DNA of 64,000 nucleotides from a virus (Duplodnaviria; Caudoviricetes): IMG/VR virus record IMGVR_UViG_3300050142_000050, positions 160,001-224,000 of that record. One strand, given 5' to 3'. The translations under genes were made by a program, and so were the position numbers. The notes below the pieces were generated by a model. That model did no database searches. It was not told the DNA's origin and worked only from the letters and a program-made list of their open reading frames with translations. Shown here piece after piece: positions 1 through 11,252 of this stretch (within the stretch, counting starts at the first letter, position 1; each line of letters starts with the position of its first letter).

Positions 1-2032
1 ACGAATGGATGTCATCTGACACACTGGAGATGCTCGGTATCTCGAGAGACACCTCATCCACATCATCCTGAGTATCCTGATAGCGCAGGAGGAGATATCC
101 TGAATCGTCGATTTCATCGAAGATCTCATCCTTGGCTATATCGTTGGACAGCTTGTTCCCCGAGTTCGTATAGGGAGTATTCTTCGAACTGTCAGAGAAC
201 ACCACCATATAGCTGCACATCTGCACAAACAGATTACGAATACGATCATACCCGTATTGTGCCAGTGAGAAGTCACCGAATGTATCCATGAAGGTAGTAG
301 GGGGAACGAGTTCGATCATGAGAGCGTCGGCCAGACGAGTCCATGCCGTCACTGAATCTGCTTGGCCATCGTAGGTGTCGATAATCGCATTAGAGATATC
401 GATACCCTCACTACCGAGCCATGTTGACATGGAGTCAAACCCAGGGATGAGATCCATCTCGATCACACGCTTCTCATGACACAGTCCTGAGAGATAACGA
501 ATGACTTCACCGAACTCACCGAGTGATGTACTCATATCGGATAACTGGTGCATCACATAGGCACCCCATAGTCTATCGGCCATAACCGAGAAGTCAGCAG
601 GGTCTGTGATGTCAGTATCATAATAAACGTCCTGGAACCACTTCTGGACGTTGATATACTTAGCCACGTGGGTCTTACGCCCGAATGTGTCGATGAGCTT
701 CAGAGCAGGCTCCAGAGCCGTCCTGAAGGCTATCTGGATAAGAGCCTTCTTGGGGATGACATCATTCTTCTCACCAGCGATCCGTGAGGTCGCATAAGAG
801 TAGAGAGCCAATGCTTCGCCAGGGGTCAGATAGAGGGCATTGCCACCTAGAGGCTCGACCACTCGGATCTGATTGCGATAATACCCTTCCGCAATCGATA
901 CCACCAGAGTCTCCAACAGGAAGTTACTCATCAGTAGTACGAATGGGATGTTCTTGGGTAGAGGTCTGATCTCCAAGAACTTTGTGGGATATTCATTGAA
1001 AGGCGTGGATACCAGATGATCCTCAGCAGTTTCTACAGTCTGAGCATCTGTGGCATCGGCCAGACCCTGATCGAACAAATAGTTCTGGAGGATATCGACA
1101 TCGATAGTCGGAATCTCCGATGATAGTGTCGAATAATTAACAGGGATCGAGATAGGAGCCAAGAGAGGCTTGAGCTGATAGTCAGAAGCTTTGGTCTGAC
1201 GATCCATGATGACCTTACGACCGTAGAGACCGATACCGAAATCCTTGAGGAGGCGCTTGGCCAGGATCATCAGATTGGAGTGCTTACCTCGATTGTCATC
1301 GAAGTAGCCGATGTTCTGATAGAGCATCATGGCTTGCTCTCGGGGGAGGATATCAGAATAGTCCCCAATCCCATGTGACTTGAGCTCATTCCACAGATGG
1401 AAGGAGTGTACATAGGAAGTCTTGATATAGGAGATTCTCTTGGCGGCAATCAACATTGCGAGCTCACCATAGAGAGCACCTATCGCGGTCAGATCGAAAA
1501 GTTCCTCAGCTGCAATGAAGTCAAAGTGCCACCTCTCGCTGTACATCGACAGGAAATTCTGGATGTCCACAATCAAGGCTGGCTCTTCAGCTTCCTCAAG
1601 AAATCCACTCCCATATTGGACGAGAGTGAGGTCCTTTGCAGCGAGAGCTTTTTCCATACTAGACACCGGGAATAGTATGGATTTGATCAGATCTACCTGT
1701 TTGGGGTAGGTCGCACAGAGTCTTTGATAATAGGTACCGCCTGGGGCATAAGCCTCAGCAGTGCGAGGGTGAGAGTTGAGATTCTCCTTGGTGAAATTGA
1801 TAACCTGCTTGGTGTCGAGCGAAGTCACCTGCATCATCGTATCCGATGCATGGTACTCACCGATCATGTTCAGGTAATACTTCCACCGAGTCTTATCTGA
1901 GAAATCGGTCTGAAGACCCTGCTTCTGGAGTGAGAGATTGATCAACACCCCAAGCGGTTCGTATTTGATCGTGATCGATCTTAAGAAGTTATAAATCTGC
2001 TTCTGATAAAGCCGCATGTCGGACGAGATCAT
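1..2032 (-). CDS. phiKZ-like virion structural protein (gp128-like), truncated by window edge; absent from the ORF track
   Basis: Hand translation from ATG at 2032 (AAGGA upstream): MISSDMRLYQKQIYNFLRSITIK...RWKYYLNMIGEYHASD...INFTKENL...VHSFHLWNEL; frame checked open at several points to base 2; divergent from the portal candidate as in phiKZ-like phages. Confidence 0.75.
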   Translation of the reverse strand, partial: MISSDMRLYQKQIYNFLRSITIKYEPLGVLINLSLQKQGLQTDFSDKTRWKYYLNMIGEYHASDTMMQVTSLDTKQVINFTKENLNSHPRTAEAYAPGGTYYQRLCATYPKQVDLIKSILFPVSSMEKALAAKDLTLVQYGSGFLEEAEEPALIVDIQNFLSMYSERWHFDFIAAEELFDLTAIGALYGELAMLIAAKRISYIKTSYVHSFHLWNELKSHGIGDYSDILPREQAMMLYQNIGYFDDNRGKHSNLMILAKRLLKDFGIGLYGRKVIMDRQTKASDYQLKPLLAPISIPVNYSTLSSEIPTIDVDILQNYLFDQGLADATDAQTVETAEDHLVSTPFNEYPTKFLEIRPLPKNIPFVLLMSNFLLETLVVSIAEGYYRNQIRVVEPLGGNALYLTPGEALALYSYATSRIAGEKNDVIPKKALIQIAFRTALEPALKLIDTFGRKTHVAKYINVQKWFQDVYYDTDITDPADFSVMADRLWGAYVMHQLSDMSTSLGEFGEVIRYLSGLCHEKRVIEMDLIPGFDSMSTWLGSEGIDISNAIIDTYDGQADSVTAWTRLADALMIELVPPTTFMDTFGDFSLAQYGYDRIRNLFVQMCSYMVVFSDSSKNTPYTNSGNKLSNDIAKDEIFDEIDDSGYLLLRYQDTQDDVDEVSLEIPSISSVSDDIHS

Positions 2033-2098
2033 GATGCTATCCTTATCTCATTGATGACGCCTCGTCATCTACAGCCACAGCTTCAATGAAGGTGCTAT

Positions 2099-4486
2099 AT
2101 GGCAAAGAAACCTAAAATTGTCTCCAATATCATGGACATTCTGGGAGGTAGGATTAATATACCACAGAAGGAGTCCCCTAAAGCGGGTGATGCCAGCCTG
2201 ATGCCTACTGATCGTCGCAGTGAGGTCATCCTCCAGCTCGAGAAGAGCACCAATCATAATAAGACTCAGGCGACTGCGACGATCTCGCCGACAGCACTTA
2301 TCGGAGACTCGATCGAGCGAGTCCGTTCGCGTCGTATCGAAAATCGCAGAGCACTACTCCTCAATCCTGATGTCCAAAAAGCAGCGGATCTGATGGTAGC
2401 ATCGTGCTTTGCTCCTAACGACCTGAACTGTACCGAAGTCCCGGTAACAGTGACCCTCGAATCGATCGATACCGATACGAGGACTGCTATCTCCGACTTC
2501 CTGACCAAGGAGTTCGAACGTCGTCTCGACCTCTCTGTGGAGGCTATGCGCATGGCGCATGACTTCATGTACAAGGAAGGATCTGTCATCAGGATGGTCA
2601 TCCCATCCTCATCGGTGGATGACCTCCTGGGATCGGCTACTGGTCTTGAGGATCTCAAGACTAAGATCGACTCTGAGAGCAAACATGGGTCACTATTCGG
2701 CTTCGGTGATGAAGTACCGATGCAGGTGGGCAATCTTGCTTTGGAGTCCATCATCCCTACCTTCTTCACCAAGGACAAGGTGAAGGATACTGGTGAGGTT
2801 GCTCCATTCTCAGAATTTGCGACTGAGGCACTCAAGAAAGTGTCCTTTACAGACAACGTCTCTGTGGTGACAGGTTCGAAGAAAGCCAAGCAGATCACCA
2901 CTACGCATGTCAAGAATAGGCTCTATGCCCGCTTCGGTGACAACATCACTGCTTCGATGGATCCGCCAGATCCCAATGTTGAGCAGAAGGCTGAGCCTAT
3001 GATCCTGTCGATTCCTCCCGAATCGGTGACAGTGATACATACTCCTGGTGATGCGGCATCCCATATCGGCTATCTGATCCTCTTGGATAGTTTCGGTAAC
3101 CCCATCGACACATCGGCCAATGACTTTGACAACATCTCATTTGGTCAGATGTCATCAGGTACCACTGGGTCTTTGATCAATCAGACTTTCAATGCGTACG
3201 GGATGGGTACTACCAGTGGTGTGAGTGAACATCATCTGATGGCCATGAATGCGGTCTATAATCGCATCATGATCAACCACATCAACCAGCGTCTCAGTAA
3301 GTCCGGTTTCGGCAACAGCATCCTCGAAGAAAACGAGTCGATGCTGCGCTGTATGTTCTCGCGCTTCTTGGGATCTCACGACACTCGAGTCCTATTCGTA
3401 CCGGCTTCTCTGATCACCTATATGGCAATCGAGTTTGATGGTCGCGGATATGGGGTATCGATGCTCGAGGGTGTGAAGCACTCCCTCTCACTCTACACCG
3501 CCGTGAACATCGCACGCGTCACCGCTGCTATTAAGTCAGCGACTGATCGTCGTAAGATCTCAGCCCAGTTCACTGAGAACATGAACATCCATCCTGAGCA
3601 ATTCATTCAGAATGTTCAGAGCAAGTGGATCGAGAAGTCCTCATACTCGTTCGGACTGGATCCTCGAGACATTGTGCGACAGATTGCATCTAAGTCCATC
3701 ACATTCGATCTGAAGGGTATCCCCGGGATCGAGGACTTCAGCATCTCCAATGAACCAGACTCCAAGTCGGCATCATTCGATTTCGATGCGGATGTAGAAA
3801 AGCGCCTCATGGACAATGTCCTGAGTGGGATGAAGGTCCCTGCTGCTGCTATGAACAATCTGTCCGAAGAAGAATACTCGCGTTCAGTGGTGACTTCGAA
3901 CCTATTCTTCAACATGACCACGATCGGATTGCAGCGATATATCATCAAAGCTATCTCACCCTTCCTGGTCAACATCGCCCGTTGGTCTCCTAGCATCCGT
4001 AAGCGTCTCGAGGAGATCCTCTCTGGTGGCGGCGGGAAGAAGACTCCCAAGCAGACAGAAGTCGGCACAGTCGATGACTCTACTGATCACAAGTCGAAAC
4101 TCGATGAAGTCATCGATTCGATCGTCATTACTCTTCCTCGTCCCAACATTGCACCGACAGAAAGTCAGTTCAAGGTATTCGGGGCAATGAGCGAAGCAGT
4201 CACCGCTATGGTGAACGCTGTACTTCCCGATGATCTCATCGGATCGGATGATCGTTCGGCAGCTGCTCTCAAGATGTTGCGCTCGAGCATCATCCGTCGG
4301 AACATCATCAACTTCATGACCACGTCCGGTATGACGGGTATCGATATCCCCGCTACCGACTTCTCCGGTGAGCATGCTGATATGGTCGATACGCTCAACG
4401 CATTGACTAACATCAATGCGATGCTCGACACTCACGTCAAAGTGACGACTCTGAGTGATTCGCCAGATACCGCAGAAGGATATTGA
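2099..4486 (+). CDS. probable portal protein (phiKZ gp129-like)
   Basis: 795 aa; overall pattern (PPESVTVIHTPGD..HIGYLILLDSFGNP, MRVPAAAM-like ...EYSRSVVTSNLFF, ITLPRP) and divergent pairing with the gp128-like gene match my recollection of phiKZ-like portals; internal G/A-L-E sites. Confidence 0.65.
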   Translation: MAKKPKIVSNIMDILGGRINIPQKESPKAGDASLMPTDRRSEVILQLEKSTNHNKTQATATISPTALIGDSIERVRSRRIENRRALLLNPDVQKAADLMVASCFAPNDLNCTEVPVTVTLESIDTDTRTAISDFLTKEFERRLDLSVEAMRMAHDFMYKEGSVIRMVIPSSSVDDLLGSATGLEDLKTKIDSESKHGSLFGFGDEVPMQVGNLALESIIPTFFTKDKVKDTGEVAPFSEFATEALKKVSFTDNVSVVTGSKKAKQITTTHVKNRLYARFGDNITASMDPPDPNVEQKAEPMILSIPPESVTVIHTPGDAASHIGYLILLDSFGNPIDTSANDFDNISFGQMSSGTTGSLINQTFNAYGMGTTSGVSEHHLMAMNAVYNRIMINHINQRLSKSGFGNSILEENESMLRCMFSRFLGSHDTRVLFVPASLITYMAIEFDGRGYGVSMLEGVKHSLSLYTAVNIARVTAAIKSATDRRKISAQFTENMNIHPEQFIQNVQSKWIEKSSYSFGLDPRDIVRQIASKSITFDLKGIPGIEDFSISNEPDSKSASFDFDADVEKRLMDNVLSGMKVPAAAMNNLSEEEYSRSVVTSNLFFNMTTIGLQRYIIKAISPFLVNIARWSPSIRKRLEEILSGGGGKKTPKQTEVGTVDDSTDHKSKLDEVIDSIVITLPRPNIAPTESQFKVFGAMSEAVTAMVNAVLPDDLIGSDDRSAAALKMLRSSIIRRNIINFMTTSGMTGIDIPATDFSGEHADMVDTLNALTNINAMLDTHVKVTTLSDSPDTAEGY

Positions 4487-4492
4487 TAGGTA

Positions 4493-4522
4493 TAGGGTGA
4501 GGGGCATCTGCCCCTCACCCTA
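4493..4522. terminator. 14-bp inverted repeat between convergent portal and tail tube genes (bidirectional terminator candidate)
   Basis: TAGGGTGAGGGGCA-TC-TGCCCCTCACCCTA. Confidence 0.75.
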
Positions 4523-4528
4523 CTACCC

Positions 4529-5395
4529 TTATGCCACAGCGCCAGACAGCGTCGTGAATTGCGAAAGCACGTTCGCAGTCGTGGTGGCCAGACCACCGCT
4601 CAGAGCAGTCGATAGGTCGCTCACACCAGGCAGAGCCTTCTGGAAGTCGACTTCGTGTAGCTTGAGGGCCTGAGCGATCTGCTTACCACGGGCAGTCACG
4701 TTGGGACCATCCTGCATCAGTGTGGTGAAGGAGATCTGACGATCGGGACGAGTGACCTCGGTGAGGTTACCGTTCCAGCCAGGAGCACCGATGTCCGAAG
4801 GAACCATGTTGGTGCACAGCTGGGCACGAATCAGGTTTTCAGGACGATAGGTGCGGTCGTACATCAAGTACATGATGTCCGCTGCAAACCACGACATGGT
4901 CAGAGGAGGCAACGCGGTGCCCGAAGGTACCAGCGAGGCCATCGATGCGGCCTGAGTGTCAGGGTCGCTGACCATCTTGACCCACCACTCGAACAGATTG
5001 AAGATGGGATTGCCCAGACGTTCAGGGATCGTAGCCGAAGGCGTGATCTGCGAACGGTTTGAACGGGTAGGTGCCATCAGCTGCTGGCTGTCACGGCCCA
5101 CGTTCATACCGTCACTGTCGAGTGACAACGAAGAATCGAGACCGTCCCAGGTGGTGACGCATTCTTCGATGATGGCCTTGAAGATCTTCTCACCACCATC
5201 GACGAGCTTGAAGATCTTGGGAGTGCTCACCACGACAGCCTGACAGGGTAGTATGACGAGCGGAGTCGCCGCATCGATCGATGGGATGTTAGGACCAAAG
5301 CCATGTTGACCGGTCCCTACGACATTCGAAATCCAAGCGTCGGAGGAAGAACCAAACTTCCCACCGGCGACAAGCGCATTATCCATTGTAGGCAT
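4529..5395 (-). CDS. tail tube protein (phiKZ gp30-like)
   Basis: 288 aa from ATG 5395 (GGAG upstream); directly downstream of sheath; IPERLGNPIFNLFEWWVKMVSDPDT, ADIMYLMYD, LCTNMVP pattern typical of phiKZ-like tubes. Confidence 0.7.
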   Translation of the reverse strand: MPTMDNALVAGGKFGSSSDAWISNVVGTGQHGFGPNIPSIDAATPLVILPCQAVVVSTPKIFKLVDGGEKIFKAIIEECVTTWDGLDSSLSLDSDGMNVGRDSQQLMAPTRSNRSQITPSATIPERLGNPIFNLFEWWVKMVSDPDTQAASMASLVPSGTALPPLTMSWFAADIMYLMYDRTYRPENLIRAQLCTNMVPSDIGAPGWNGNLTEVTRPDRQISFTTLMQDGPNVTARGKQIAQALKLHEVDFQKALPGVSDLSTALSGGLATTTANVLSQFTTLSGAVA

Positions 5396-5479
5396 TGCCA
5401 AAACTCCAGAATAAGGATAAATACAAGAACCGATCCATGGTAAAGGGGACCATGCTTCCAATCACAGTCCCCTAACCAC

Positions 5480-7483
5480 TTACGCCTCGTAACGCTGCAA
5501 CTCGACGGTGAAGTTACCCTGACGGAAGGGCATCGCACTGCTGATAGCGATATTCGCCGAGATCACATAACCCTTGTTCTGATCACCGGCAGTCTGGAAC
5601 ACGGTGACCTTCACACTGACACCCCCGTTCTTGAGACGGTCGTTGATCTCATTGGTCATGTCTTCGCCGATCGACGAGAACATTTCCTCAGCAGGACGAC
5701 GGACACCAGCCTGACGTGCCCAGACCACACGCGAGAGCATGTAGGCATAGGAGACGTAGTCGCTCATTTCCTCGTTGGAGAGGAGCGAGGTGTCGTCTTC
5801 ATAGACGGTGCGCAGATCGGGATAGAAGATGACATTCATCGACGCATGCATGCAAGTGTTCAGGCCGATGGCCCACGCAGTCTTGCGATCGTCGTCATCG
5901 TCCGAGGACCAGTTGATCGAGCTCAGCACAAAGTCGTTGACGTTGCTGTTGGGCTGACCAGCAGTCGAACCTGCTACGCGCTGACCGCCATTGAGATCAC
6001 GCAGCTTCTTGGCACGGTCCACCAGTAGAGGCACAATACCGGTGTAGTCGGTACCATTGACCAGATTACCGCACTGACCATAGATAGCCACACGGTGACA
6101 ACCCACGCCGTTCAGGATCGAGTCTGGATAGTTGGCGGCCTGAGCAGCCAGTACCGAAGCGATCGCGAGATCTTCTGCCTTGGTGTTGGGATCACGCAAC
6201 ACGTCCTGCGTAGCGATACGTAGATTCAGGTTGTCACGCATCGTGAGCAGTTGGAAGAGCGCCAGCTTCGTCGGCTGGGTGAACCCAGGATCGAAGAAGT
6301 GAGTGATCGGCCACTTGGTCAGATACTTGAACTCCCCGTGGTCAGTACCTGCGATCCAGTCACGGATCAGGGTCTGGAGACCCAGGAAGCTCACATCACC
6401 ATCATCCCCACCTTCGAAGTAGTTCAGGACAGCACTGTTCACCACACCGCTGGAAGCACCATCGATCTGCAACACATCGATGTACTCGTTGTTACCATCC
6501 ACACCCTTGATCAGGTCCAGACGATAAGGATCGACACCCGTCAGGTCGCTCGACTTGCCGATGATCAGGTTACCGATCGTTTCGATGTGCTGACCGTAGG
6601 ACAGGATCTTGAAATCGAGCAGCGCATCACCAGTGTCGGCATCGGCATACTTGCGAGCGATCACACTGCGGAACGCATAATTCGTTGCAGTGGGATTGTA
6701 GATAGCCACGTTCTTGAATGAGAAGTCATTGTAGGAGGTACCATAACGGTCCACCACAGCCGACGCGGTCGTTGATGTCGAGGTGGGCAGCTCCATCGGA
6801 GCGAATCGATAGATAGCCGAGCCCACCGCATCAGCGATAGCGGCATTGCTCGAAGTAGCCGAGAAGAGCTTGAAGCCCAGACGATTGCCGTACTTACCGG
6901 GTGAGAGAGCCTCACCGGCCAGAATCGGGTAGGTAGTCTTCTGTGCGGCACCAGTACCGGTGACCACGGGTTCCAGAGTGCGGTAGGACTCGTTGTCAGC
7001 CAGCTTGCGATACACCCACTTGATCTTCACACCGGGAGCAGTCTCGTTGGTGACATTGTCTGCCAACTTCTTGGGAGTCGGGTTGCCGCTACCATCCAAG
7101 ATCAGAGCACCGCTGGCGGTCTTCTGGTACTGGATCACATTGACCAGCGACACTTCCAGGAAGAGACCGAATGTGGATGTCTTGGCATCCGCAGCTGCCA
7201 GACGCATGGCGCATACGCCACCACCATTCGAATGGATACCCAGCATGCGCGTAGCCGGTGTGTAGTAGGGAGATGTCTCGAGGAAAGACTCGGCACCAAA
7301 TGCCTTGGTCATTTCCTTACCACCACCGAAATAGATACGACCCGGTACACCGCGCTCTGCGAGAATGAACTGGATCGGTGTACTCAGACCGCTCTCGAGT
7401 TGAGAGGTGAGGACCGACGTGGATGCCTTGGAACTGTCCAAGATATCCAGTTTGACTGTAGGGTAACCCTGATTGTTAGCCAT
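5480..7483 (-). CDS. tail sheath protein (phiKZ gp29-like)
   Basis: 667 aa from ATG 7483 (AAGGA RBS); FILAERG..FGAESF...YYTPAT N-terminus, HFFDPGF, YPDSILNGVGCHRVAIYGQCG, sheath-like C-terminus. Confidence 0.8.
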   Translation of the reverse strand: MANNQGYPTVKLDILDSSKASTSVLTSQLESGLSTPIQFILAERGVPGRIYFGGGKEMTKAFGAESFLETSPYYTPATRMLGIHSNGGGVCAMRLAAADAKTSTFGLFLEVSLVNVIQYQKTASGALILDGSGNPTPKKLADNVTNETAPGVKIKWVYRKLADNESYRTLEPVVTGTGAAQKTTYPILAGEALSPGKYGNRLGFKLFSATSSNAAIADAVGSAIYRFAPMELPTSTSTTASAVVDRYGTSYNDFSFKNVAIYNPTATNYAFRSVIARKYADADTGDALLDFKILSYGQHIETIGNLIIGKSSDLTGVDPYRLDLIKGVDGNNEYIDVLQIDGASSGVVNSAVLNYFEGGDDGDVSFLGLQTLIRDWIAGTDHGEFKYLTKWPITHFFDPGFTQPTKLALFQLLTMRDNLNLRIATQDVLRDPNTKAEDLAIASVLAAQAANYPDSILNGVGCHRVAIYGQCGNLVNGTDYTGIVPLLVDRAKKLRDLNGGQRVAGSTAGQPNSNVNDFVLSSINWSSDDDDDRKTAWAIGLNTCMHASMNVIFYPDLRTVYEDDTSLLSNEEMSDYVSYAYMLSRVVWARQAGVRRPAEEMFSSIGEDMTNEINDRLKNGGVSVKVTVFQTAGDQNKGYVISANIAISSAMPFRQGNFTVELQRYEA

Positions 7484-7541
7484 GGTGATATTCCTTCTCA
7501 ACCGACTATAGTGTGACGAGACCTAGAGCGGAGTAGCCCTT

Positions 7542-8594
7542 ATGGGACGCGACAATTTATTCAAAACACTGAACGTGTCATCGATCCTGCACGAGGACTC
7601 GATCACCCGTTTGCTTACATTTTTGATGACCAATCGTGGAGCGATTCTCCCTACCCAGAAGAAAAGCGAGCTCTTTCGAACCCGCTTTTCAGGAAGTTCT
7701 CCGATCGCCGATCTGGTACAATCCATCGCTGCATCAGGGAAGGACAAAACCTACTCCCTCCTCAGACTGCCCACCAAGATGAACAGTCTTCCTGAGTGTA
7801 TCGACATGACGTTCATCACGATGGATGTGATGCAGATGAAGAGTGCACTCAAGAACCCTCCTTCGTCGTCATTGGTTGCGTTCCCAGAGATCAACGATCG
7901 GGTGATCGTCAACATCTCCGACCTCACCAAGGCAAACGGAGATTTCTCCGATGTGAGCCAGTTCCATGGTCGCATCGTGAAGGATTTTCTGTCTCGGAGC
8001 TACTACAATTCGAGCTCTCCGACGTGGATTTCTCCCACATTCGTGCGCCATGTCGCCAAGGTCTATAGTATGACCGTAGCCGCTGGCCTAGCAGGTCAGT
8101 TTAAGACTACGCCTGTGACTGAGAACCTGATCAAGATCATCTTGTCCTTGTTCTATGTCGGGAAGATGACATCTCCCGCGACCGCAGTGTCGTTTGTGAA
8201 AGCCAATGCACGAGATCTGGGTCTGTATGACATCTACGATCTCGATCAAATCGCGGCGCTTTCGAAGGAAGTTTTGGGTACTCCTATCCCCACAAATATT
8301 GTCGATGTGACACGGCTCATCGCGGCTCTGGATATATCCGAGATCGGTGGATCAGAGCATCCTCACATCGATGTACCCATCATGAACCGCAAGTTCATGA
8401 CCATCTTCAGTGACAGCAATGTGTCGCGCATTGCGCTTGAGTACCCTCCGTATTTTGCCTACATCCTTCTGTCGGTGGCTTCGGGTATCCGCTGCGGACT
8501 TAGCTTCTCTATGGCTAAGTTCAAGCTCGATTCTGAAAACCGAAAGGTGATGCAGGAATTGGTCCGTAACCCTGCGGTCTTGTCCGGATTGTAA
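7542..8594 (+). CDS. virion structural protein (position of phiKZ gp28-like)
   Basis: 350 aa, divergent from sheath, first of three coupled structural genes; ALEYPPYF C-terminal motif. Confidence 0.55.
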   Translation: MGRDNLFKTLNVSSILHEDSITRLLTFLMTNRGAILPTQKKSELFRTRFSGSSPIADLVQSIAASGKDKTYSLLRLPTKMNSLPECIDMTFITMDVMQMKSALKNPPSSSLVAFPEINDRVIVNISDLTKANGDFSDVSQFHGRIVKDFLSRSYYNSSSPTWISPTFVRHVAKVYSMTVAAGLAGQFKTTPVTENLIKIILSLFYVGKMTSPATAVSFVKANARDLGLYDIYDLDQIAALSKEVLGTPIPTNIVDVTRLIAALDISEIGGSEHPHIDVPIMNRKFMTIFSDSNVSRIALEYPPYFAYILLSVASGIRCGLSFSMAKFKLDSENRKVMQELVRNPAVLSGL

Positions 8595-8606
8595 AGGATC
8601 CTCCCC

Positions 8607-11252
8607 ATGAAATTACCGTCGACTCCCTCGGCTAGTCTGGCATCCTATCTGAACCAGCTTTACTTCGGTAAAACCTGGAACTCACCGGATGACCACGGAC
8701 GTGTCAATTTCGGGATCGACAAAGCCGCTAAGAGGGTCAAGATCGGTACGGTGACGATTGATCGGTCCGAGGTGGGTCTTCCCACCTCGGGCACGGTCTA
8801 TGCTGTCTATCGATCCCCCGCTACACGCTTTGGTCGATTCATCAAACTTCCGCACCGCACCTGGGTCAATGCCAATGACATCCTGAATGACACAGGTGTC
8901 AGGTTCGATATCTACAGTGCGAGTGGGCATCCTCTCCCGATGGGAGCCATTTGGCTCTTGTATAACAAGATCACAGACGTGGTCGTGATCGCAGTGGAGA
9001 CCACCTCTACACGTAAGTGTACAGGTGAGACTTATCCATCGCTTTATATCACTGTCAATTTTGACACGAGCAGAGCCTCTCCGGTGGAGAAGAGCTACCT
9101 GAAGGTGTCTACTACCCTGGGATCGGTGACTACACCTACAATCGTCTCTCAGGCGATTTTAGAGGCATTCGATCAGCACCCTCATGGTACTACAGTCCTG
9201 GTGAACGGTATCGTCTACCTGGCTCGTGTCCATGTGCCTATTCTGGTACATGGAGATGTGGTCGAGATCACCTCCGATCCCGATGTGGTGGGATATACTG
9301 ATATCGATGTGGACAGTGACGTCACGGGATACTACTCCGAGTTGTATGGAGAGTATCGTGAGATTCTCCATATCCCCAAGAGCCTCAATCCCAACAATGT
9401 GATCATCACCAATGACACAGTCGACTTTGTGGTCTATGACCCATCGACACATCGTGGGCTCTACGGGATCCGTATCGATGAACATGCGATCGAGTCGATC
9501 ACGCACAATGACTTCTCGATCCCTCGGACTCTATTGGCAGCATTGCGTCAGTCCCTAGGGTCACTATCTGTGAAGATCCGTGTATATGTGCGCTTCCCCA
9601 CGAAGCCTCTGACGCTCACCAGTGATGTGAATAACCTGAGTGACCTCTATGGTTTCTCGGATGAGAAGATCATGGGTCATCTGACAGCTTCTATCCCTGA
9701 GGGTATCTCGGAGTGGAAAGCTCAGAATCTGGAAGTCTCTCCCTTCCTTGACTTGCTCTATTCCGCCAATGTCGCTTCAGCTGAGACCGTGGTCAATAAG
9801 TTCGAGGCAGCAGTCGGCTTCTTCGATATCGCATCGACTATCGGTGATGCTCGCAGGTCTTACGTCTATGGAGGTGGTCCTACCACTGTCCGTAAACCAG
9901 CACGCCTCTATGGTTACCGTTGTGATGTGATCATGTATGCCGAAGGTATCAAGATCCGCGACGACTATGTGGCAGTAAGTGACATCGACTCTGAGCATTT
10001 CTCAGTCAGTGTCTTGGAGGGAGTCACACTACCCACCACTGCGAAGATCGACCTCTATGTCTTCGAGTATGGGCTGAGGACACCTACCACATTCGTCCCC
10101 TCTCCATCTAATCATACCCTGGTGATGGACAGTGATGATTACACTGTGGTTAAGAAGATCCAGTATTCGTCTCCTCGTAATGTCCTTAAGGGTACTGCGA
10201 CTGACGGATTTGTTGCGATCGCTGCATCGTCTTCAGACTACACAGTCACTGCGAATACTGATGGTACCTACACCTATCTGTGGAAGGGTATCCATTACGA
10301 CTCGACCTTCCATCTCATCCCCAAGTATGGTCTGCGTACGCAGATCCTCACGATCGATGATGAGTTGGCTGACAGTCAGTCCTTGGTGTTCGATCTCAAG
10401 AAAGTGACATCTGACTCCAATGTGCTCATCCCATCCATGTATTACAATACAGCTGAGGTCTACATCAATGGACACCGTCTCGTGGAGAATGTCGATTACT
10501 CCATCGTGCACGAATATGGTGCACAAAGTGACATCCTCTCCACACTCCTCATGATCTCCAATGCTGAGTACATCTCTCTGACTTCGTCGAATAATATCGT
10601 CGAGGTAGTGTTCCACGGAGATACAGTGGGATCATTCGACTCCGGCTACGTCATCGACAATAAGTTGACTCGTAAGTCTACCCCAGCATTCTGGGAGAAG
10701 CAGTGCAGTCGTATCTTCGTCGATGGTAAACTCACCGACGGTTTCACCGAAGTGGGTAATACGCTCGAGTCGGAGAGTGATCTTCGCGATGGGGGTCTTT
10801 TCATGATCGAGTGGAATATGCCCTATTCTGCTCTCAAACTCCTGAAGAGTACCTCCTCATCTGATGATCGGTCACTCAAGGCCAAGATCGACATCCTCTT
10901 AGGTCTCGTACAACAAGTCTACCCTGATACGACTGTCATCGATCACGTGTATAAGCTCTATAGTCCTTTCCTGGCACAGGTAGGCTATGACGTGATGAAG
11001 GGTAACCTCACTATCGTGAATGAACCCTCGACAGATGCATTCTTGCGTCAGTTTGCAAAGTACAAGATCCTAGTGGACAATGATCCTGTGTTAGGAGCAT
11101 CCAACACAGCAGTCGACCGTAGGTTCGTGGATATCAATGCCCACTATACCAACATCTCGACTGAGGATCCCACCGATATGCTCAGTATCCAACGACTCGA
11201 TAGTCTGGTACTGACTCCGTCCGCTATCTCGATCAGAGAGGTCCTGCTATGA
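8607..11252 (+). CDS. baseplate/virion structural protein (phiKZ gp27-like)
   Basis: 881 aa; VYINGHRLVENVDY, LYSPFLAQV and ITHNDFSIP motifs resemble the phiKZ-like family; synteny. Confidence 0.65.
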   Translation: MKLPSTPSASLASYLNQLYFGKTWNSPDDHGRVNFGIDKAAKRVKIGTVTIDRSEVGLPTSGTVYAVYRSPATRFGRFIKLPHRTWVNANDILNDTGVRFDIYSASGHPLPMGAIWLLYNKITDVVVIAVETTSTRKCTGETYPSLYITVNFDTSRASPVEKSYLKVSTTLGSVTTPTIVSQAILEAFDQHPHGTTVLVNGIVYLARVHVPILVHGDVVEITSDPDVVGYTDIDVDSDVTGYYSELYGEYREILHIPKSLNPNNVIITNDTVDFVVYDPSTHRGLYGIRIDEHAIESITHNDFSIPRTLLAALRQSLGSLSVKIRVYVRFPTKPLTLTSDVNNLSDLYGFSDEKIMGHLTASIPEGISEWKAQNLEVSPFLDLLYSANVASAETVVNKFEAAVGFFDIASTIGDARRSYVYGGGPTTVRKPARLYGYRCDVIMYAEGIKIRDDYVAVSDIDSEHFSVSVLEGVTLPTTAKIDLYVFEYGLRTPTTFVPSPSNHTLVMDSDDYTVVKKIQYSSPRNVLKGTATDGFVAIAASSSDYTVTANTDGTYTYLWKGIHYDSTFHLIPKYGLRTQILTIDDELADSQSLVFDLKKVTSDSNVLIPSMYYNTAEVYINGHRLVENVDYSIVHEYGAQSDILSTLLMISNAEYISLTSSNNIVEVVFHGDTVGSFDSGYVIDNKLTRKSTPAFWEKQCSRIFVDGKLTDGFTEVGNTLESESDLRDGGLFMIEWNMPYSALKLLKSTSSSDDRSLKAKIDILLGLVQQVYPDTTVIDHVYKLYSPFLAQVGYDVMKGNLTIVNEPSTDAFLRQFAKYKILVDNDPVLGASNTAVDRRFVDINAHYTNISTEDPTDMLSIQRLDSLVLTPSAISIREVLL